Origin: Patescibacteria group bacterium
GTDB lineage: Bacteria > Patescibacteriota > UBA1384 > XYA2-FULL-43-10
NCBI GenBank assembly: GCA_041674405.1
Contig: JBAYVT010000001.1
Span: forward strand, 120,001-152,000
Reading direction: 5' to 3'
Length of the DNA: 32,000 nt
Shown piece by piece: positions 1 through 5,882 of this stretch. Positions within the stretch are counted from its first letter, which is position 1. Every line of letters begins with the position of its first letter. The notes beneath the pieces were generated by a model, which worked only from the letters and a program-made list of their open reading frames with translations, ran no database searches and had not been told where the DNA came from. The position numbers were made by a program, and so were the translations under genes.

Positions 1-176
1 AAACTGCCAGATTGCTTCGAAAACAACACAGAAACAACCCTTCTTTAAAAATAATTGCCATAAGCGGATACGGAACAAGCGAGGATAAAAAGAAATCAAA
101 AGAAGCAGGTTGTGACGCGCACATAACCAAACCGGTTAATGCTAACAAGCTCCGTGAAATTATTGAGGCTATATAA
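1..176 (+). CDS. Response-regulator receiver domain protein, C-terminal fragment (5' part lies upstream of the window)
   Basis: My translation from nt 3 gives TARLLRKQHRNNPSLKIIAISGYGTSEDKKKSKEAGCDAHITKPVNANKLREIIEAI*, with stop TAA at 174-176. A hydrophobic strand plus S-G, then the invariant Lys-Pro ('ITKPV') and a terminal helix, match the beta4-to-alpha5 part of CheY-like receiver domains. Confidence 0.7.
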   Translation, partial: TARLLRKQHRNNPSLKIIAISGYGTSEDKKKSKEAGCDAHITKPVNANKLREIIEAI

Positions 177-205
177 ATCTTTGAGATTATTTACTAAATA
201 GTGTT

Positions 206-241
206 CTCGGGCGCGCTCTCCGGCGCGCCCGAGTGGGTTTT
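206..241 (+). terminator. Candidate intrinsic terminator downstream of the response-regulator gene
   Basis: There is a perfect 11-bp GC-rich inverted repeat, CTCGGGCGCGC (206-216) / GCGCGCCCGAG (223-233), with a 6-nt loop, followed by TGGGTTTTCC. It starts 30 nt after the stop codon. The U-tract is only 4 T, so confidence is moderate. Confidence 0.45.
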
Positions 242-377
242 CCGGCTGCCGCTCCGGCGCCGGTTTCGGTTTGCTGGCTTATTAAGGCTTTTAAGCCGCA
301 CTTGCCTCTCGGAGAACCGCTTGCTGCTCTCCCAACCCCCAGGAACATCCCGAATGTCTGGAAATGATTGTGCTTGC

Positions 378-581
378 CTAGCTGATGACATTGCTCTCAG
401 CCTCCTCATAAGCGAAAGAGCAAAGCCCTCCATTTACGGCTACCATCCGCGCTCTCTTTATCCCAGACATCGTCAGCGCAACAAGAATGGTGCCAGCGCT
501 CTCTCGCTTGACAACCACCCTCTGCCCTTTCTTGTCCACGATCACTCCATCCTTAGCAATCAAAGTTCCATCACAAGCCAT
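378..581 (-). CDS. Hypothetical small protein (67 aa) inside the GC-rich island
   Basis: The ATG at 581-579 has GGGAGGA ending 6 nt upstream, the strongest SD-like match I saw in the window. The sense strand is purine-rich. The product is MACDGTLIAKDGVIVDKKGQRVVVKRESAGTILVALTMSGIKRARMVAVNGGLCSFAYEEAESNVIS*. I recognise no family. The ORF track starts it one codon earlier, at TTG 584. Confidence 0.35.
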   Translation of the reverse strand: MACDGTLIAKDGVIVDKKGQRVVVKRESAGTILVALTMSGIKRARMVAVNGGLCSFAYEEAESNVIS

Positions 582-640
582 CAATCTTCCTCCCTGTTTG
601 TTCTGGATGCCAGACCTTCAATCGCTCGAAAATCTGGCAC

Positions 641-667
641 AAAAACAAAAACCGGCCAATGGGCCGG
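641..667 (-). terminator. Intrinsic terminator (minus strand); weaker bidirectional potential
   Basis: Stem CCGGCC (652-657) / GGCCGG (662-667) has loop AATG. On the minus strand the hairpin is followed by TTTTTGTTTTT (complement of 641-651). On the plus strand it is followed by ATTTCTTC. Confidence 0.5.
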
Positions 668-777
668 ATTTCTTCAAAAAATATTTAGTTAAGCTTTTAC
701 ATTAAAAATCACGGCCCTGGTGGTCATGTGTAAAATAAAACCAAAAATTTCTTGTGATATTATTCATGCTACTTCAA

Positions 778-806
778 ATATTATCAACAAATTTAAAACA
801 AGTCAA
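778..806 (-). promoter_or_regulatory. Candidate sigma70-type promoter (minus strand)
   Basis: On the minus strand this reads TTGACT (806-801), a 17-nt spacer, then TAATAT (783-778). The -35 element abuts the TAA stop (809-807) of the upstream membrane-protein gene. In AT-rich DNA such matches can arise by chance. Confidence 0.3.
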
Positions 807-1772
807 TTATCGTCCTCTGGCTCTTAGATCTTTGTATGTCAAAGTAAGAATTGAGGAAAAAAATCCGCTGGTAATTCCGGAAATAATCAAGAACACAACA
901 AGTGCAGCACATCCAAATATTATCCAAAAAGCTATTCCCAAGAAATGTGCGACAATATACAGTAAATATCCAATTCCAACAACAAATAATCCAAGAAGAG
1001 TGGTTACGATCGCGATGGCAATCCCAAGGCCGATGCAAAACCCAAAAACGATCAAATACGACAAAACAAAGTGCTGCCAATTTTTATTAAAATACTTACG
1101 TCCAACTGCAATTGCTTTGTCAGCAGGTAAATTTTCTAAAAACAAAGCTCTCTCAACAACCGGAAATATCAAGGCTAAATAAATAGTGTAAAAAATGAAC
1201 ACAAGGCCAAATAATATTCCAAAAACTATTGCCAGTGTCTTCATTTCGTATATCAAAAGCATGATGATTGGAATCAGAAGTACCAAAAAGGGAAGAATTA
1301 TAATAAAAAACCAAATTACCGAAAGGCTTAAGCGGCGCCAGAATAATTTGTGCCCAAGCAGCCACGAATCCTTCAATCTTAGATCTTTGCCATCATCAAG
1401 CTTTGGAATCGCTCGAATCAAGGCACCCCTTGAAGCTAGCGAGATATATATTAAGGCTGCTACTAAAACAATGGCCAATATCATAATCCCGACCCAAATA
1501 TAAATACTGTCAAAAATTTGCGGTCCCATAGAATCAACCAAGGCTTTACCGGCATCCTTAACTTCCGCTCTTGCCAAGCTGGCGATAGTTCCATTGTTGG
1601 GTACCAGCTCCTTTAATCTCTGGTAATCCGGTTGAGCGTTGTTATCGAATAAATAATTAATCTGGTTTGATCCGAAAGAAAATCCACCCGAAAGCAGACC
1701 AAGAAACCAGAGATATTTGTATTTTTTTATAAGGTTAAACGAGCGCTTTATAATACTTTCGAAATTTATCAT
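807..1772 (-). CDS. Polytopic integral membrane protein, function unknown
   Basis: This is a 321-aa ORF with multiple long hydrophobic segments (e.g. IWVGIMILAIVLVAALIYISL, LSVIWFFIIILPFLVLLIPIIMLLIY, FGFCIGLGIAIAIVTTLLGLFVVGIGYLLYIV). Its ATG overlaps the stop of an upstream mini-ORF (ATGA). Confidence 0.7.
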   Translation of the reverse strand: MINFESIIKRSFNLIKKYKYLWFLGLLSGGFSFGSNQINYLFDNNAQPDYQRLKELVPNNGTIASLARAEVKDAGKALVDSMGPQIFDSIYIWVGIMILAIVLVAALIYISLASRGALIRAIPKLDDGKDLRLKDSWLLGHKLFWRRLSLSVIWFFIIILPFLVLLIPIIMLLIYEMKTLAIVFGILFGLVFIFYTIYLALIFPVVERALFLENLPADKAIAVGRKYFNKNWQHFVLSYLIVFGFCIGLGIAIAIVTTLLGLFVVGIGYLLYIVAHFLGIAFWIIFGCAALVVFLIISGITSGFFSSILTLTYKDLRARGR

Positions 1773-1894
1773 CTGATCTCCTGATTTTGCCTTACCGGCT
1801 CACCATTCTTTGTATTTACAAAATTAAAATACGCGAACAGGGCAAACCCGATGATGATTACCAACAAAACTGAAAGCAATATCTTTTTTGACAT
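1769..1894 (-). CDS. Unlisted 41-aa single-pass membrane peptide, translationally coupled to 807..1772
   Basis: My codon-by-codon translation gives MSKKILLSVLLVIIIGFALFAYFNFVNTKNGEPVRQNQEIR*. The ATG is at 1894-1892 with AGGGA upstream. Its TGA stop (1771-1769) overlaps the ATG (1772-1770) of the next gene. It falls below the 60-aa cutoff of the ORF track. Confidence 0.5.
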   Translation of the reverse strand: MSKKILLSVLLVIIIGFALFAYFNFVNTKNGEPVRQNQEIR

Positions 1895-1906
1895 ATATCC
1901 CTAAGA

Positions 1907-2899
1907 TTAGAAAAGATTTACAATGATGCTTTTATTTTTTAATCCTGAAAGCCAGCTGTCAAAACTTTCGTCGATAATACCAGTTTTGCTTTCCACTTTG
2001 AGAATATGCCAGCCAAAGGATGTTCTGAACGGTTCTGAAACAACTCCGATCGGCTGGGTGAAAGCAACATCTTCAAACTCCGTGACCATATCTCCTCGTG
2101 CAAATGGATCCAAAAGCCCACCGTTAGTATTGCTGCCTACATCTTCTGAATATTTCGTCGCCGCTTCAGCAAAATCCAAGCCTCCGGCAATTTGTTTTAC
2201 AACATCGTCGACTTTTGCTTTTGCGGCATCTATTTGCTCCTGTGTTGCATTCTCGTCAACTCGTATCAAAATATGGCGGACAGTTACCCGTTCGATCATA
2301 TCATTGTTAAATTTATCACGTAGAAGCTGCGATCTGATGAGTTTTTTGAACTGAGCTACATCAAGGCCGTAAAGATCATTTAATACTTTTTCTACCGATT
2401 CGTTACCCCCATTTTGGTCTACAATGCTTTGGTAAGCATCATTTACATCTTTGTTTGAGACCGATAATTTATACTTAATTGCTTCATCCGCAATAATATT
2501 ATTTTCTGATAGCTGTGATAATATTTGCAGGGATAGTGCAGAATTATCGATGTTTTGTTCTCCTGTCGATGTGTAGAAATGAGTAATATAATTTTTTTCC
2601 TCAAAATACGAACTCGCTGTTACTACGCCATGAGACGAAAAGACAACCGGCATTGGAATAAATTTAACCGCATCTTGAACGAACTTTGTTTCGGACTTAA
2701 ATCCATAAAGCATAATTCCTAAAACCAATTCTGCTATGGCGACAACCAATACAACTGCGACTATTACGAAATTTACAACGCTTCGGATTTTGGGCGCATG
2801 CTTATACGTATGAATCGGCTTCATATTTGCCGCCCCATCCTTTATTTTCGATGCAAACTCTTTCGTTTTTTCATGAATCCGTAAAATTTTTTCTTTCAT
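1907..2899 (-). CDS. Membrane-anchored parvulin-type peptidyl-prolyl isomerase (PrsA/SurA/PpiD-like)
   Basis: It has an N-terminal TM segment (VVNFVIVAVVLVVAIAELVLGIMLY). The C-terminal parvulin signature is VRHILIRV...DFAEAATKYSED...GGLLDPFARGDMVTEFEDVAF...FGWHILKV. A strong SD (AAGGAG) lies 4 nt before the ATG. Confidence 0.85.
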   Translation of the reverse strand: MKEKILRIHEKTKEFASKIKDGAANMKPIHTYKHAPKIRSVVNFVIVAVVLVVAIAELVLGIMLYGFKSETKFVQDAVKFIPMPVVFSSHGVVTASSYFEEKNYITHFYTSTGEQNIDNSALSLQILSQLSENNIIADEAIKYKLSVSNKDVNDAYQSIVDQNGGNESVEKVLNDLYGLDVAQFKKLIRSQLLRDKFNNDMIERVTVRHILIRVDENATQEQIDAAKAKVDDVVKQIAGGLDFAEAATKYSEDVGSNTNGGLLDPFARGDMVTEFEDVAFTQPIGVVSEPFRTSFGWHILKVESKTGIIDESFDSWLSGLKNKSIIVNLF

Positions 2900-2917
2900 A
2901 TGTCTCCTTATAAAGAA

Positions 2918-2946
2918 ATTTTATACCTATTTGCACGCAAATTCAA
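2918..2946 (-). promoter_or_regulatory. Candidate promoter for the PPIase gene with an embedded 14-bp palindrome
   Basis: The minus strand reads TTGAAT (2946-2941), a 17-nt spacer, then TAAAAT (2923-2918). The spacer contains the palindrome ATTTGC-AC-GCAAAT (2929-2942). Confidence 0.35.
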
Positions 2947-2947
2947 A

Positions 2948-3511
2948 TTAGCTGCCCCATGACGAAGTTAGAAGAAGGACAGCGATCATCATCCAGAACA
3001 AGGTTACGTAGGTTGAAAATGAATTCGTTTTTTTATCCGGAATGATTGTAAAACAAAAACCGGATAAAAGATAAGCCGCGAGGGCAATTATCAAGCTTCT
3101 ATTGAGCGGGTTGATTAAAAAATAACTTAATATTAAAAAAAGCTCCAGTATAAGCAGGGAAAATAGCAAAAGATAAACCAGTCTTTTTCGCCCGAGAATT
3201 CCCAATTTTTGTTCCAAGTATGTAAATAAAAATCCATAAATCAAGACCGAAGCAAGCATAATAATCCATAGCGGCAAATTAAAATAGAATAAAAATCCGT
3301 ATAGAGCAAAGGCAGAGACAAACGATAAGAATATTAAAACTAAGTTTGTGCTTTTTTCTGCCCACACTAAATATAGGATTGGCAATGAGATAACCGAGAC
3401 AAGAATATTTATAGAAAAAATATCATTTAAAAACCAAAAAGCTATAGTAGCCCACAACAATATCAGAGTAAGAATAATTCTCCGGAGAAGTTTGCTTTTT
3501 AAAAATGCCAT
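2948..3511 (-). CDS. Polytopic membrane protein, function unknown
   Basis: This 187-aa ORF is almost entirely hydrophobic helices (about 6 predicted by eye). I recognise no motif. Confidence 0.6.
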   Translation of the reverse strand: MAFLKSKLLRRIILTLILLWATIAFWFLNDIFSINILVSVISLPILYLVWAEKSTNLVLIFLSFVSAFALYGFLFYFNLPLWIIMLASVLIYGFLFTYLEQKLGILGRKRLVYLLLFSLLILELFLILSYFLINPLNRSLIIALAAYLLSGFCFTIIPDKKTNSFSTYVTLFWMMIAVLLLTSSWGS

Positions 3512-3570
3512 AAATTTTGGTCTAAAATCCTATTTTCTAAATCCTAAACAATTATAAATGTTCAAAATCC

Positions 3571-3603
3571 AAAATATCAAATAATTTCCGTTTTTGATAT
3601 TTT
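3571..3603. repeat. Perfect 11-bp AT-rich inverted repeat in the intergenic spacer
   Basis: AAAATATCAAA (3571-3581) and TTTGATATTTT (3593-3603) are separated by 11 nt. The same spacer carries AAATCC three times (3525-3530, 3539-3544, 3565-3570). Confidence 0.6.
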
Positions 3604-3647
3604 AAAATTGGAATTTTTGAATTTATTTAGAATTAAGAGTTTCTGAT

Positions 3648-5006
3648 TCAAGGATTTTTATTAAATCCTTGGTAGTTGTCACCAATGATAACATCTATAT
3701 CAACATTATTTCCCGGCGATGTTTTTTGGACCACTTCACAGCTAAGTCTGTTTTTCAAAAATTGTAAAGTGATTTTCTTTGCCCCGTTTGTATAATCATA
3801 TATTATCGTCTTCGGATATTTACTTTTGGCCGTGTCGACATTTATGACATTATAGCTATAGCTTTTAAGAACTTCTGAGAGTTGGCTCCCAAGACCGGCT
3901 TTGTTTGATCCATTTAGCACTTCTATTTTTGCATTTTCTTTAGTCAAGTTGGGATCAGTAAATATTTCATGAGCGATCATCTGAATTTGTTCCCAGTTTC
4001 CGGTTTTTGGTTTTAGTATGTATGCCCCATTGGCAGTGCTATCGACAAGCTCACCATCGGATCCATTAGTCAAAACCTTGGAAATTATCTTCGATGTATC
4101 TACATCTTTTATCAATTTTGCCATTGCATATAATTCATTTGGGGTAAAATCGGTTCTAACATGGTCGCCAACAACATTTACCAAATCAACAAGCTTTTTC
4201 GGATTAGCAAGGAAGCCCAAATTGAAAATCTTATCTTTAACTGCGGCAATTACTTTTTGTTGCCGGAGCGCGCGGTCGAAATCAGATGTAGTCTCTCTTG
4301 ACCTTGCATATTTTAATGCGGTCGTGCCGTCCAGATGGTGCTGGCCAGCTTTGATATTGAACGGAGAATACGATTTCATATCGTCAGCAGGAAAAAAAGG
4401 ATCGTAAAGATTTTTGTCGACATTTACATCGATTCCACCAATTTGATCAACTAGTTTTTTGAATCCATAAAAATCAAGCGAAACGTAATAATGTATTGGT
4501 AGATCAAGTATATTGCCAACCGTTTCTTTAACCAGTGCGGCGCCACTGCCTTGCTTTTGCTTTTCGCCAACGGTATAAATTTCATTAATTTTTACATTGT
4601 AATTCTTCTTTCCAGGAACCGGAACGTATAAATCGCGCGGTACCGAAAGCATGGCAACGGTTTTATTATCTGGATTGATCGACACAACCATCATTGAGTC
4701 TGTAAGTTCCCCACCAGGATGGCCAGAGCCGCCTTTTCCCATCACAAGAATATTTATCCTTCCATCCCCCTCTCCCTTCAACTCATAATTACTCCCCTTG
4801 GCAAAAAACGGAGAGCCGGTAAGATTATTGGGATCAAAGATTTTTTTACCCGATGCTATCAAATACGAAAGATATGATCCTGAAACGATAAGAATTGCAA
4901 GAACAATCAAGAAAGTAATTTTCCAGCCTTTTTTCTGATAAAAGTATTTAGGCCCAACTGTATGAAAGTTTTTGTCGTCTCTTTTAGCTTTTCTTCGTAG
5001 GAACAT
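3648..5006 (-). CDS. LytR-CpsA-Psr (LCP) family cell-envelope glycopolymer transferase
   Basis: It has an N-terminal TM anchor. The LCP core reads INILVMGKGG...ELTDSMMVVSINPDNKTVAMLSVPRDLYVPVPG...ALKYARSRETTSDFDRALRQQ. There is also a C-terminal LytR_C-like region. Confidence 0.85.
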   Translation of the reverse strand: MFLRRKAKRDDKNFHTVGPKYFYQKKGWKITFLIVLAILIVSGSYLSYLIASGKKIFDPNNLTGSPFFAKGSNYELKGEGDGRINILVMGKGGSGHPGGELTDSMMVVSINPDNKTVAMLSVPRDLYVPVPGKKNYNVKINEIYTVGEKQKQGSGAALVKETVGNILDLPIHYYVSLDFYGFKKLVDQIGGIDVNVDKNLYDPFFPADDMKSYSPFNIKAGQHHLDGTTALKYARSRETTSDFDRALRQQKVIAAVKDKIFNLGFLANPKKLVDLVNVVGDHVRTDFTPNELYAMAKLIKDVDTSKIISKVLTNGSDGELVDSTANGAYILKPKTGNWEQIQMIAHEIFTDPNLTKENAKIEVLNGSNKAGLGSQLSEVLKSYSYNVINVDTAKSKYPKTIIYDYTNGAKKITLQFLKNRLSCEVVQKTSPGNNVDIDVIIGDNYQGFNKNP

Positions 5007-5054
5007 AAAAAAATCCGATTAAGGTAATAAGTTAATTTTACCAGAAATTGTTTA

Positions 5055-5462
5055 TTAAGTTCTAGTGCTTTGGGTAATTTTCGGAGGATACTTATACTTC
5101 GGCAATACCGGACAATCAAATATTGATCCCTTTATCTGTGAAAACGCTGAAATAATTTCTTTCTTTCCACCCGGTGATTCGACCCCGACAATTGGTATGT
5201 TTAGGGCAAAGGCCATGGAGTTAAGAGTGGCAAGCCCTATTCTAAGCCCAGTATATGAACCTGGGCCAGGAACCGCCATAATAATTTCAATATCTTGTTT
5301 GCTAATCGCGTGTTTTTTTAACAATTTATCAATCGAAAATATTAAAAGCTCAGATTGCATCCCCTTGCTTTCAAACTTAATTTCGTCGATTTTGACAAAA
5401 TCTTTCTTGCAAAACAATGCAATGATGGTTTGGTCAGAGGTTGTATCAGTAAATAGGATCAT
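5055..5462 (-). CDS. tsaB: tRNA t6A37 biosynthesis protein TsaB (YeaZ-like), unusually short
   Basis: The motif MAVPGPGSYTGLRIGLATLNSMAFALNIPIVGV is the TsaB/YeaZ N-terminal ASKHA signature. The gene lies 3 nt downstream of tsaE. At 135 aa it is short; from memory, characterised TsaB proteins are about 220-230 aa. Confidence 0.72.
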   Translation of the reverse strand: MILFTDTTSDQTIIALFCKKDFVKIDEIKFESKGMQSELLIFSIDKLLKKHAISKQDIEIIMAVPGPGSYTGLRIGLATLNSMAFALNIPIVGVESPGGKKEIISAFSQIKGSIFDCPVLPKYKYPPKITQSTRT

Positions 5463-5465
5463 GGT

Positions 5466-5882
5466 TTAATCGTTAATAATAATTTTGCGTTCATTTTCTG
5501 AAATATATTCAAATGAAACTTTTTTTGAATTTTTAGGTAAAATTTCTTCAATATTTTCAGGCCACTCAATTACAATAATCTCATCGTTTTTTGCTAAATC
5601 TTCCAAAAGACCTATCGATTCCGCATCTTCTTTTGAACCGATGCGATAGCAATCAAAATGAACTAAACTCCCTGATTCCATCGGATATTTTTTACAAAAA
5701 ACAAAGGTTGGGCTTGTAATTTCCTCCTTGATTCCAAGGGCCTGCGCCAAACCTTTAGTAAAGGTTGTTTTGCCTGAACCAAGATCGCCAAAAAGCAGGG
5801 CGACATCGCCAGGCTTTAAGCTTTTTCCAAATTGATAACCAGCTCTTCTTGTTTCATCGGCTGATTTTGCTGCAATCTCCAT
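5466..5882 (-). CDS. tsaE: tRNA t6A37 biosynthesis ATPase TsaE (YjeE)
   Basis: It shows SADETRRAGYQFGKSLKPGDVALLFGDLGSGKTTFTKGLAQALGI...SPTFV...H.D.YR (Walker A plus TsaE motifs). Confidence 0.9.
   Translation of the reverse strand: MEIAAKSADETRRAGYQFGKSLKPGDVALLFGDLGSGKTTFTKGLAQALGIKEEITSPTFVFCKKYPMESGSLVHFDCYRIGSKEDAESIGLLEDLAKNDEIIVIEWPENIEEILPKNSKKVSFEYISENERKIIIND

Noticed and set aside
200-660. The GC-rich island as RNase P RNA, tmRNA, SRP RNA or 5S rRNA.
   Set aside because: The motif checks failed. There is no GAGGAAAGUCC; the closest match is minus-strand GGGAGGAAGAUUG, which is better read as an SD. There is no ACAGAA...GGCUUA partner in the right geometry. There is no T-arm/CCA end for tmRNA and no GGAAGGAAGCAGC-type SRP helix-8 motif. 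A 12/13 match to the 5S loop-E word (GCGCGGAUGGUAG) lacks the flanking CCGAAC and helix I. I cannot exclude a highly divergent RNA without covariance-model searches.
194-692. Long ORFs in the GC-rich island: plus strand 201..692 (163 aa) and 487..705, minus strand 194..433.
   Set aside because: Their translations are low-complexity and rich in Arg, Ser, Leu and Pro, with no SD and no protein-like pattern. They run through obvious hairpins. Multiple overlapping open frames are what a local GC rise produces by removing stop codons.
5065-5469. Antisense 'shadow' ORFs inside strong genes. Examples: 5065..5469(+), 1923..2354(+), 4018..4407(+), 9721..10188(+), 11443..11784(+), 15730..16179(+), 22003..22362(+), 24443..24745(+), 26665..26925(-), 30166..30474(+).
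   Set aside because: Each lies wholly within a longer opposite-strand ORF that has clear family motifs. Their translations are Ser/Leu/Ile/Phe-rich with no recognisable motif. They are typical mirror-frame ORFs.
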